Source: Gemmatimonas sp.
GTDB taxonomy: Bacteria > Gemmatimonadota > Gemmatimonadetes > Gemmatimonadales > Gemmatimonadaceae
Length of the DNA stretch: 64,000 nucleotides
Direction of reading: 5' to 3'
Assembly: GCA_011390805.1 (NCBI GenBank)
Contig: JAABRT010000005.1
Span: 9,649-73,648, forward strand
The notes below the pieces were generated by a model. The model had not been told where the DNA came from. It worked only from the letters and a program-made list of their open reading frames with translations, and made no database searches. Every line of letters starts with the position of its first letter. Within the stretch, counting starts at the first letter, position 1. Below are positions 34,111-42,200 of the stretch, piece after piece. A program made the position numbers and the translations under genes.

Positions 34111-34938
34111 ATGCCCCGAATCGAAAAGAGTTACACGATTGCCCGACCGGACGGCCCGCGAAGCATCCGACTTGCGCTCGATCCGGAGTTCATGAGCCAG
34201 CGCATCATGTTGGAGTATCTGGATGCGGGCAAACTGTACGAACAGGAAACGTGTCAGTTTCTGGCGGCGATCTTACAGGATGGCGACGCGTTTATCGATG
34301 TCGGCGCGCATGTAGGCTGGTTTACCACGTTCGCTGCGGCGCTTGTGGGCCCGACGGGCGAAGTGTGGAGCGTGGAGCCCAACCGGTCCAACTTTGCGCA
34401 TCTCGTAGACCACATTGCGATGAATGAAGCGTGGCATGTGCGTCCTCTTCACATGGCCATGGGTAATCGACGGACGGTGGAACCGCTGACCATCGCGACT
34501 GACAACGACGGTGGCCATTCGGTGCGCACGGTGCACGACACGACAGCGCGGGCCGAAGCACTTGCTGCCGACGGTGTGCAACCCACCTACGTGGCCACGC
34601 TCGATGATCTGCTGCTCAACCGCCCATTCGCTTCGCTCAAGGCAATCAAAATCGATGCTGAAGGTGCTGAGCACGCCATCATGCAAGGCGCTGAGCAGTT
34701 GCTGGCGAGGCATCGCGTGCCGTACGTCATTGCCGAAATGAACAGTGCGTGTTTGGAGATTGCCGGGTCCGGCGAAATGGCCTTTCGCAACTTCATGACT
34801 TCGCTCGGATACTCAACACATTTTTTTCATCCCACCAAGCCCGAGCTGATTACACTCGAGCCCGGACAGACGGTGCAATCGGAGGTGCTGCTGAACTTCT
34901 GCTTCCGACGTCTGGATGCACCGGCGTTTGCGACGTAG
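34111..34938 (+). CDS. FkbM-family SAM-dependent methyltransferase
   Basis: FIDVGAHVGWFT (motif I) and IKIDAEGAEHAIMQGAEQLL, both typical of FkbM-type methyltransferases. Confidence 0.85.
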   Translation: MPRIEKSYTIARPDGPRSIRLALDPEFMSQRIMLEYLDAGKLYEQETCQFLAAILQDGDAFIDVGAHVGWFTTFAAALVGPTGEVWSVEPNRSNFAHLVDHIAMNEAWHVRPLHMAMGNRRTVEPLTIATDNDGGHSVRTVHDTTARAEALAADGVQPTYVATLDDLLLNRPFASLKAIKIDAEGAEHAIMQGAEQLLARHRVPYVIAEMNSACLEIAGSGEMAFRNFMTSLGYSTHFFHPTKPELITLEPGQTVQSEVLLNFCFRRLDAPAFAT

Positions 34939-35734
34939 TCGCCACTCGTGATTTTGCCGGGTTGTCAGACGAGCGCATGGGCGCCGCTAGTGGCAACAAC
35001 ACCAGCGGAAGCAGCGCGTGCGGCATGCGAACGATCACTTCACCCATCGTGCCGGGACCGTAAGCCGCGATGCGCAGCAGGGCAGTAAACAGTCCCCACT
35101 GCGCCATCCACAGAACGACCGCGCGGGAGCGGGTGAGCAGCAGTGCAAGAGCGGCCGCAATGTCGATCACGCCAACCACTGCGAGCAGGCGTTCTGTGGC
35201 AGACTGCGTGATGCGGATGTCGAGCAGTTCCCGCACCGAGGTAATGGTAAGGTCAACAAAGAATGGATGGGCGCGCAGCGCTTCTGTGCCGTGCACGGCG
35301 AATACAGTTACAGTGGCCAGTCGCACAATCCACAGCGCGAACGACTCCTGAGGCAGGGAACCACGCGCCTTGCCCCAGCCAAGACTGATCAGCAACAGCG
35401 CGAGCGGCGCCGCCATGCGCATGGCCTGGGCGGGCATGGCCCACGCGCTATATGGATAGCCACCCTGGTCCTGAGTGGCCCACGCCAGTGCTGTGACCAC
35501 CACCAGTACCACGCTTGCCGCAATGGCACGTGTGCGCACAAACCATGCAGCGGGTATACATGCTACCAGCAGCCAGGCGAGTGTGATCTCCACTCCCCGC
35601 GACTGGCCGTGCGCAAGTTCCTCGTTCATGAACAGCCGCGATCCAAGCGCCGTGCCGGAACGCAGCAGCATGGCGGTGCCGAGCGCCACGAATGACGTGG
35701 CGGCTGCGAGCAGTCGCTGCTGCGCAGTTGTCAT
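34850..35734 (-). CDS. Hypothetical polytopic membrane protein
   Basis: About 8 hydrophobic helices (for example ITLAWLLVACIPAAWFV, AIAASVVLVVVTALAWA, LLAVVGVIDIAAALALLL). GGAGG lies 9 nt upstream of the ATG. The opposite-strand ORF has nonsense composition. The last 89 nt overlap the convergent FkbM gene. Confidence 0.6.
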   Translation of the reverse strand: MTTAQQRLLAAATSFVALGTAMLLRSGTALGSRLFMNEELAHGQSRGVEITLAWLLVACIPAAWFVRTRAIAASVVLVVVTALAWATQDQGGYPYSAWAMPAQAMRMAAPLALLLISLGWGKARGSLPQESFALWIVRLATVTVFAVHGTEALRAHPFFVDLTITSVRELLDIRITQSATERLLAVVGVIDIAAALALLLTRSRAVVLWMAQWGLFTALLRIAAYGPGTMGEVIVRMPHALLPLVLLPLAAPMRSSDNPAKSRVATTSQTPVHPDVGSRSSAAPPIAPSVRARV

Positions 35735-35752
35735 GCCGGGCGACCTCCGCGG

Positions 35753-35800
35753 CTGGTGTGCAAACAGGCGCCGCAGCTGGTGTGCAAACAGGCGCCGCAG
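35753..35800. repeat. Perfect 24-bp tandem duplication in an intergenic region
   Basis: CTGGTGTGCAAACAGGCGCCGCAG at 35753-35776 is repeated exactly at 35777-35800. It lies between the phosphatase stop (35817) and the membrane-protein start (35734). Confidence 0.95.
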
Positions 35801-35816
35801 CGCGCGATCGGCGGCA

Positions 35817-37139
35817 TTAGCGCTGGGCGCTGACCGATGTCATCGCCGGACGTGGTGCTCGCGTGTAGTCGTCGAGCACCGCTCCATCGATACCGATTGC
35901 CCGGGCGCGCAGCTGCGCAGAGTCGGCGGAAATAATCCACACGTGATGTGCGCTGGCCGACATGCCCGGCGACCTGAGAAACCAACGCGTGGAGTCGGGT
36001 GTGCGCTGCGGTACGCCTAATCCGCCTTCACCGATGTAGACAACGCCGTCTTCCGCCGGTTTGAAGTTTCGAATGGGCACAGTGCGCTTGAGCGTATGTC
36101 CGTCCGATTCGAGTGCCAGATCGAGACCGTACTCGTCAAACAACGGCGACCATGTCTCGCGCACGCGGGTGAACTCCAGCGCGGTGTACTCCTTCACGGC
36201 CGGATACGCGGGTCGGTGATACTGCGCCATGATCCATCGCCGCGAGGGCCGCAGCGCCTGCAGCTGCTCTTCCAGCCATTCGCTCTGGTCACCGGCCACG
36301 CTGATCTCGGTGTTGAGTGTGATCAGCGCCAACTGCGTTCCCAACGGTGTGGTGTAGTAGTAGCCGTAGCTGAGTTCATCGGTGATGTCACCCAGCCAGA
36401 AATGCTCGTTAAAGCCGATGCTTTCGTCATGGTTGCCGCGCGCGACAATGAACGGCAGGATGCGGCCGTCGGCTGTACGCAGCAGTTCGTTGTCTTCGAA
36501 CCACCAGAACAGATGGCGCCAGTCGGCCGTCGTCCCCCAGTCGGCACCGTGTGCAAGCGCGATAATTTCCGGGTTGTCGGTGAGCAGCTGGGCCATGCGC
36601 TTGTTCATGTTCTGCCGGTCCACGTGCGGTGTTCGGCCGGCGTAGCGCGGCTTCGGTCCACCCATGCGGGAGTCACCACCGGAGAGCAGGGTGATCGGGC
36701 GGTCGTCGTCGGGCGCCGTGATGAACCAGCGTTCTTCGGACATCTCGCCGTCACTTTCCACGGCCACGTACACTTTGGTAAACGGCTGCAGTCCGGTGAT
36801 CTCTGCATGATGGTACCACCCGGGAGGGACGCCTTCCTGCACATCTTCGGCGCGCAATGTGGCGGCTCCATTGCGCACGGCCGGTGCGGACATGGCATAC
36901 GACCGATTGCCCGCAGCACGACTCACTGTGTCGTAACGCACCACGTTGCTGCGCGTCTCGGACATCGTGGTCCACGAAATGATGGCGTGCTCCGACGGCT
37001 TTTCTGTCCAGATCACACGCAGGTGACGCGGTGATGGGCCGGTCGCTGCATCATCACGATCAGCGGTATTGGGCGGCGCAGAATCTGTGCGGCACGCACC
37101 AATCACGAGCAGTGCCACGGCTAAAGACAAAAGGCGCAT
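35817..37139 (-). CDS. Purple-acid-phosphatase-like metallophosphoesterase, lipoprotein
   Basis: Lipobox LLVIGACRTD. An Fn3-like N-terminal domain (LRVIWTEKPSEHAIISWTT), then calcineurin-type motifs GGDSRMG, GNHDE and AQYHRPAYP. Confidence 0.8.
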   Translation of the reverse strand: MRLLSLAVALLVIGACRTDSAPPNTADRDDAATGPSPRHLRVIWTEKPSEHAIISWTTMSETRSNVVRYDTVSRAAGNRSYAMSAPAVRNGAATLRAEDVQEGVPPGWYHHAEITGLQPFTKVYVAVESDGEMSEERWFITAPDDDRPITLLSGGDSRMGGPKPRYAGRTPHVDRQNMNKRMAQLLTDNPEIIALAHGADWGTTADWRHLFWWFEDNELLRTADGRILPFIVARGNHDESIGFNEHFWLGDITDELSYGYYYTTPLGTQLALITLNTEISVAGDQSEWLEEQLQALRPSRRWIMAQYHRPAYPAVKEYTALEFTRVRETWSPLFDEYGLDLALESDGHTLKRTVPIRNFKPAEDGVVYIGEGGLGVPQRTPDSTRWFLRSPGMSASAHHVWIISADSAQLRARAIGIDGAVLDDYTRAPRPAMTSVSAQR

Positions 37140-37144
37140 AGCGT

Positions 37145-38221
37145 TCAGGAAAGTGTAGAGAAAGTGGTCTCGCTGCCGGCAACCGCCGTGCGTACAGCGT
37201 CAATGTCGTTTGGTGCGCCCGCCACGAAGAGGTACTCCGTGTTCCGCAAATGGCTGACCGCGCCAACCTTGTCACCCTTGAAGTTGTGGATACCGATTTG
37301 TGCGCCCACGTAGCGCTTATAGTCATATGAAAGAACCAGCACGTCACCACGTGTGGCGAGCATGTCTGCCAGATCGTTACGTGCGAGGTAGCCCTCGTCG
37401 CTGAACGACACGATCAGCACGCGGGCATCAAGGGCGGAAACGACATCCCGCAGTGCACCGGCAAAGCGCGGTCGGCTGTTGAACACGCTGGGCCGGGTCC
37501 GCACGTCGGTACGCTTGCGTGCTACGCCGTAGGCTTCAGGGGCGTCCCAGCGCACGAGTGTTTCCCAGATGTGATAGTTGCCCAGATACGAATGCTGATT
37601 GTACGGCGGGTCGAGATACGCAATGTCAGCGCTGAGCGTGTGTGCGGCCTCCAGCGCATCCATCTGAAACGCCGCCCCTTTGCCGTGCGCTGCACGCGTC
37701 AGCAACGCCGGCACGCGCAATGTGAGCGGATTGGCAGCCCGGGCAGCCCATTGCTTGAGATAGGCCATTTGCACACCGGTGGTGGAGTCCACGCGATCGG
37801 CGGCTTCCATGAGCGAGACAAGTGCAATCGCCTCCAGCTCGGCCGGCAGGCGGCGTTGGGCGATGGCACAACGTATCGCGTCAATGCGCGCACCGTTTTC
37901 GGGGGTGAAGAAGCGCGCATCTTCACAAAATGTCTTTGTGAAGTATCCGGCGTTGGCCGGGGTCTGCTGCAGTTCGGCAAGCAACCTGGTGACTTCCGGC
38001 ATCCACTGGTCGGCATCGGCCTGTACATAACAGGTGGCCAGCGCATGGCCGTACGCCGAATAGTCATTGGCGAGCACCTGCAGCCCTTCGGCCTTCAGGG
38101 CGTGTCCGACGCGCGCCGTGCCGGAAAAAAGATCGATTGCCGAGGTTGCCCCGGGAACCGTCCTCACCACGCCGGTTATCCTCTCAAGAAGGAGACGTTT
38201 GGAGCCGATATACTTGATCAT
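37145..38221 (-). CDS. Site-specific DNA adenine methyltransferase (D12 / alpha-class N6-MTase)
   Basis: N-terminal KYIGSKRLL, SAM motif DLFSGTARVG, and catalytic motif YLDPPYNQHSY. ATG 38221 (MIKYIGSK) is preferred, and ATG 38245 is possible. The stop lies 5 nt before the next gene's start. Confidence 0.85.
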   Translation of the reverse strand: MIKYIGSKRLLLERITGVVRTVPGATSAIDLFSGTARVGHALKAEGLQVLANDYSAYGHALATCYVQADADQWMPEVTRLLAELQQTPANAGYFTKTFCEDARFFTPENGARIDAIRCAIAQRRLPAELEAIALVSLMEAADRVDSTTGVQMAYLKQWAARAANPLTLRVPALLTRAAHGKGAAFQMDALEAAHTLSADIAYLDPPYNQHSYLGNYHIWETLVRWDAPEAYGVARKRTDVRTRPSVFNSRPRFAGALRDVVSALDARVLIVSFSDEGYLARNDLADMLATRGDVLVLSYDYKRYVGAQIGIHNFKGDKVGAVSHLRNTEYLFVAGAPNDIDAVRTAVAGSETTFSTLS

Positions 38222-38248
38222 CACCGTGCAAGGTATCGCGCGCATCTC

Positions 38249-38278
38249 TTGACACGCTACAGAGCGCTTGGCTATCGT
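38249..38278 (+). promoter_or_regulatory. Putative sigma-70-type promoter for the leader and ATP-grasp operon
   Basis: TTGACA at 38249-38254 and TATCGT at 38273-38278 (18-nt spacer). The predicted transcription start is near 38285. Confidence 0.4.
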
Positions 38279-38352
38279 TGTCTCACAACTGAAGATCGTG
38301 GTCTTTTGCCGCCTATTGCCGCCACGTAAAACAAGGAGCTAAAACGCGATTG

Positions 38353-38382
38353 CCCGGCGGCCTGTTTTCCGTCGGGTTTTTT
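38353..38382 (+). terminator. Intrinsic-terminator-like hairpin inside the 5' leader (candidate attenuator)
   Basis: CCCGGCGG (38353-38360) pairs with CCGTCGGG (38369-38376) with one G-U pair, around an 8-nt loop. Six T residues follow (38377-38382). It lies 40 nt upstream of ATG 38422, with no plus-strand gene upstream to terminate. Confidence 0.55.
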
Positions 38383-38421
38383 CGTGTTCGGACGGCGCAC
38401 CTTCTGCGTCGAGGTTTTGTC

Positions 38422-39396
38422 ATGTCGTTGTTCCCCATTGCTGTGCTGCACGAGCATCCCGACTGGTTCCGGCCGCTGTTTGCCGAGCTGGATGCACGCG
38501 GAGTCCCGTATGTGCGTCTGGATGCTGCCGCGCACGCGTACAATCCGGGTGAGACGTCACTCCCGTATTCCGCCGTCTTCAATCGTGCGAGCCCGAGCGC
38601 TTATCTGCGCGGAAATGGCTCGAGCATCTTCTCCACGCTGCACTGGCTGCGGCACGTCGATCGCCTTGGCATTCCGGTGGTCAACAATGCCGCGGCGTAC
38701 GCGCTGGAGCTTTCCAAGGCGTCACAGCTCGATCTGCTGGCGTCGCTCGGACTGCCGTTTCCAGCCAGTCGTGTGATCAATCATGCGTCGCGTGCCGAAG
38801 AGGCGGCATCGCAGCTTCGCTTTCCGGTGCTGGTGAAAGCCAACATCGGTGGCAGCGGTGCGGGCATTGTCCGCTACGACACGCCTGAGGCACTGCGGGA
38901 CGCTGTGGCGCGCGGCGAAGTGGAGCTCGGTGTCGATGGTACCGCGCTGGTGCAGGAATCGGCGCCGCTGCGCAACGGTCACATCACGCGCGTAGAAACA
39001 CTCGGCGGCAAGTTTTTGTACGCCATCAATGTGTTTCCTGCCGTCGGTTCGTTTGACCTGTGTCCCGCCGACGCCTGCCAGACCACGAATGGTGTGGAAC
39101 TCGTACGTGGAGCGTGCGCGATTGACGCGCCCAAGACGGGGATGCGGGTGGAAGGCACGCGACCGTCAGATCAAATCATCAGTCAGGTGGAGCGCATTTC
39201 GCAGGCGGCCGGCATTGATGTAGGCGGTATCGAGTTTCTCGTGGATGACCGTGATGGCAAGCACTATTTCTACGACGTGAACGCGCTGTCGAACTTTGTG
39301 GCTGACGCACCCAACGTGGTGGGCTTTGATCCGTTTGCGCGTCTGGTGGACTATCTCGAAGTGCGCGCCGGTCTGATTGGCGCGGGGGTTCCATAA
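38422..39396 (+). CDS. ATP-grasp domain protein (RimK/glutathione-synthetase-like ligase), substrate unknown
   Basis: ATP-grasp pattern: PVVNNAAAYALELSKASQLDLLASLGLPFP, FPVLVKANIGGSGAGI, LVQE, GIEFLVDDRDGKHYFYDVNALSNF. GAGG lies 7 nt upstream of ATG 38422. Confidence 0.8.
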   Translation: MSLFPIAVLHEHPDWFRPLFAELDARGVPYVRLDAAAHAYNPGETSLPYSAVFNRASPSAYLRGNGSSIFSTLHWLRHVDRLGIPVVNNAAAYALELSKASQLDLLASLGLPFPASRVINHASRAEEAASQLRFPVLVKANIGGSGAGIVRYDTPEALRDAVARGEVELGVDGTALVQESAPLRNGHITRVETLGGKFLYAINVFPAVGSFDLCPADACQTTNGVELVRGACAIDAPKTGMRVEGTRPSDQIISQVERISQAAGIDVGGIEFLVDDRDGKHYFYDVNALSNFVADAPNVVGFDPFARLVDYLEVRAGLIGAGVP

Positions 39397-40451
39397 TGCG
39401 CTACGGCTACTGGCTCCCCGTATTCGGTGGTTGGCTTCGCAACGTCGAAGACGAAGGCATGCAGGCGTCATGGGCGTACGTGCAGCGATTGGCACGTCGC
39501 AGCGAAGAGTTGGGGTACGACCTCACGCTCATTGCCGAACTGTTTTTGAATGACATCAAAGGCATTGAGGCGCCCGCGCTCGACGCGTGGTCAACGGCGG
39601 CTGCATTGGCTGCGGTGACGCACAGTCTGGAGCTCATGGTGGCTGTACGGCCAGCGTATCACCATCCGGCCACGCTGGCCAAGCAGGCCGCAACAATTGA
39701 TCAGATCAGTAACGGACGCTTGTCGCTGAACGTAGTGTCGTCGTGGTGGAAGGATGAGGCGCGTCGCTACGGCTCACAGTTTGACGAACACGATGATCGC
39801 TACGCGCGCACCGCGGAATGGCTGGAGATTGTGCAGGGCGCGTGGCAGCAGCAGAGTACGTCTTTCAGTGGACAGTATTACTCGGTGGACGAACTGGTGG
39901 TAGAGCCCAAGCCGGTGGCCAGTCGTCATCGTCCGTATCCCACGTTGTATGCCGGTGGCGAATCGGATGCGGCCAAGTCGCTGATTGCGACAAAGTGTGA
40001 TGCGTATGTCATGCATGGCGATCCGCCGGAGCGGATCGCGCCAAAGATTCTTGACTTGCAGCTGCGACGCGAGCGGGCAGGGTTGCCGCCGATGCAGTTT
40101 GGAATGGCCGGCTACGTGATTGTGCGCGATACACCGGCAGAAGCGCAGCGCGAGTTGGAGCGCATCACATCGGTTGTACCGGGTTCACCGGGCTACGGCA
40201 ACTTTCAGGATTTTGTATCCAACAGCAAGCTCGATCAGCAGCTGTCGATCCAGGATTATTCGGTGTCCAATCGCGGACTGCGCGCGGGGCTGGTGGGCAC
40301 GCCAGAACAGGTTGCGCAGCGCGTGCGTGAGTTGCAGGCGGTGGGTGTTGACCTGCTGTTGCTGCAGTGCAGTCCGCAGTTGGAAGAGATGGAGCGTTTC
40401 TCGGAGCAGGTGATGCCGCTGGTGGAGCGCAGTCAGCGCGTGGCGGCGTAG
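39396..40451 (+). CDS. LLM-class (luciferase-like) flavin-dependent monooxygenase, SfnG/SsuD-like
   Basis: MRYGYWLPVFGGWL..., TIDQISNGRLSLNVVSSWW, HDDRYARTAEWLEIV, LVGTPEQVAQRVRELQAVGVDLLLLQ. The start shares one nucleotide with the upstream stop (TAATG). Confidence 0.85.
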   Translation: MRYGYWLPVFGGWLRNVEDEGMQASWAYVQRLARRSEELGYDLTLIAELFLNDIKGIEAPALDAWSTAAALAAVTHSLELMVAVRPAYHHPATLAKQAATIDQISNGRLSLNVVSSWWKDEARRYGSQFDEHDDRYARTAEWLEIVQGAWQQQSTSFSGQYYSVDELVVEPKPVASRHRPYPTLYAGGESDAAKSLIATKCDAYVMHGDPPERIAPKILDLQLRRERAGLPPMQFGMAGYVIVRDTPAEAQRELERITSVVPGSPGYGNFQDFVSNSKLDQQLSIQDYSVSNRGLRAGLVGTPEQVAQRVRELQAVGVDLLLLQCSPQLEEMERFSEQVMPLVERSQRVAA

Positions 40452-40470
40452 CGCACAATCATGGCGGTGA

Positions 40471-40494
40471 CAGCGGACTCAGGAGAGTCCGCTG
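40471..40494. terminator. 10-bp hairpin at the convergent junction of LLM gene and fhs
   Basis: CAGCGGACTC (40471-40480) pairs with GAGTCCGCTG (40485-40494) around the loop AGGA. There is no U-tract, and it overlaps the last codons of fhs. Confidence 0.35.
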
Positions 40495-42161
40495 GTCACG
40501 CCGTCTGCAGTCATGCTCATGCGATCTGCCGCCGGTGATTTGGGCAGTCCCGGCATGGTCATGATGTCACCGCACCGCGCGACCACAAATCCGGCACCGG
40601 CACTGCCGCTTACATCGGTAACCGTAATGCGGAAATCGCGCGGACGGCACAAGCGCTCCGGATTGTCGGTGAGCGAGTATTGTGTTTTGGCCATGCACAC
40701 GGGGGTGTCACCCATGCCGTTGGCTTCCAGCCACGCGATGCCGCGTTCCGCGGCGGGAGTGAAATCAGCACCATCACCGCCGTACACGCGCTGTACAATG
40801 GTGTTGATTTTTTCCTTGATGGGAAGCACGGTGTCGTAGAGCGGCTGGAACTTGCTCCCACCGTTATCGAGCAATGCCAATACGGCACGCGCGAGTTCTT
40901 CTCCACCCTCGCCACCGCGCACAAATACATCGGTGTACGCCACCGGCACCCCCAGTTCGGCGCAGTAGCGCATGACGCGATCGAGCTCCGCGCTGCTGTC
41001 CGTCGTGCGACGATTGAGCGCGACCACAACCGGCACACCAAACTGACGCACGTTGCCGATGTGGTGATCGAGATGTGGCAGCCCGCGTTCAAGTGCATTG
41101 AGGTCTTCGGTGTCGAGCGCAGTCTTGGCCGCGCCACCCTGCATTTTGAGTGAGCGCACGGTTGCCACCAACACCGCTGCTTCAGGATTCAGTCCGCCGG
41201 TGCGACACACAATATCGAAGAACTTCTCCGCGCCCAGATCAGAACCGAATCCCGCCTCGGTGACCACGACATCGCCGAGTGCCAAAGCCGTTTGTGTGGC
41301 CACAAGGCTGTTGCAGCCGTGCGCGATGTTGCCAAACGGACCGGCGTGCACAATCGCCGGTCCGCCTTCCAGCGTCTGCACGAGGTTAGGGCGCAAGGCG
41401 TGCTTGAGCAGGATACTCATGGCCTGCTCAGCACCCAGGTCGCTCGCCCGTACCGGTGTGCGTGACGGCAGGGGGCGCGTGCCAACCACGATGCGGCCCA
41501 ACCGTTGCTGCAGGTCGGTGTAGTCGCGCGCCAGCGCTACAATGGCCATCACTTCGCTCGCAGGCACGATAACCCATCGCTCCTCACGTGGTACGCCGTG
41601 TGTAGCGCCACCCAACCCCAGTACCGCGTGCCGCAGCGCACGGTCGTTCATGTCAATGGTACGTGGCCACGAAATACGGCGTGTATCAAGATCGAGAACG
41701 TTTCCTTGCGCGAGGTGATTGTCGAGCAGTGCACTGAGCAGGTTGTGCGCCGATGCAATCGCGTGGAAATCCCCCGTGAAGTGCAGGTTGATTTCCTCCA
41801 TGGGCAGCACCTGACTGTAACCGCCGCCGGCCGCGCCGCCTTTCACACCAAACACCGGACCAAGGCTGGGTTCACGAAGCGCCAGCACCGCGTTGGTGCC
41901 GATGCGCCGCAGTGCCTGGGCCAGCCCCACGCTTACGGTACTTTTCCCTTCACCCGCCGGTGTAGGACTGATCGCCGTGACCAGCACCAATCGTCCCCGC
42001 GCCGGCCGCTGTGCCAGAGCAAGCGGCAACTTGGCCATATAGCGGCCGTGCTGATCAATCTCCTCGGGAACGAGCCCGAGCTCAGCCGCCACGTCAGTGA
42101 TTGGGCGCAGTGTAGCGCTTTGAGCGATCTGAATATCCGACGGGAAGGCGGTGGTGCTCAT
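40479..42161 (-). CDS. fhs: Formate--tetrahydrofolate ligase
   Basis: 560 aa with ITPTPAGEGKSTVSVGL and full-length FTHFS architecture. Confidence 0.95.
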   Translation of the reverse strand: MSTTAFPSDIQIAQSATLRPITDVAAELGLVPEEIDQHGRYMAKLPLALAQRPARGRLVLVTAISPTPAGEGKSTVSVGLAQALRRIGTNAVLALREPSLGPVFGVKGGAAGGGYSQVLPMEEINLHFTGDFHAIASAHNLLSALLDNHLAQGNVLDLDTRRISWPRTIDMNDRALRHAVLGLGGATHGVPREERWVIVPASEVMAIVALARDYTDLQQRLGRIVVGTRPLPSRTPVRASDLGAEQAMSILLKHALRPNLVQTLEGGPAIVHAGPFGNIAHGCNSLVATQTALALGDVVVTEAGFGSDLGAEKFFDIVCRTGGLNPEAAVLVATVRSLKMQGGAAKTALDTEDLNALERGLPHLDHHIGNVRQFGVPVVVALNRRTTDSSAELDRVMRYCAELGVPVAYTDVFVRGGEGGEELARAVLALLDNGGSKFQPLYDTVLPIKEKINTIVQRVYGGDGADFTPAAERGIAWLEANGMGDTPVCMAKTQYSLTDNPERLCRPRDFRITVTDVSGSAGAGFVVARCGDIMTMPGLPKSPAADRMSMTADGVTSGLS

Positions 42162-42200
42162 GCTCGGAGATGAAAGAGTGAGAGAACAACGGTGTACGTG

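Noticed and set aside
37145-38245. Restriction-modification or other anti-phage system around the DNA methyltransferase
   Set aside because: No endonuclease, specificity, helicase or ATPase partner is adjacent. The neighbours are a secreted phosphatase and a divergent metabolic operon.
38350-38421. TTG 38350 as the start of the ATP-grasp gene (24-codon extension, 11 nt after AAGGAG)
   Set aside because: The extension is T-rich with low third-position GC (ttt, cgt, gtt, ctt, cga, ggt codons), unlike the rest of the gene. It contains the hairpin plus T6, whereas ATG 38422 has its own GAGG. This remains a formal alternative and is listed under would_refute for the leader finding.
42162-42200. 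ZTP/pfl-type riboswitch upstream of fhs (a common association)
   Set aside because: Only 39 nt separate fhs from the upstream pdeM stop. That is far too short for the riboswitch, and no conserved pfl-motif elements are visible.
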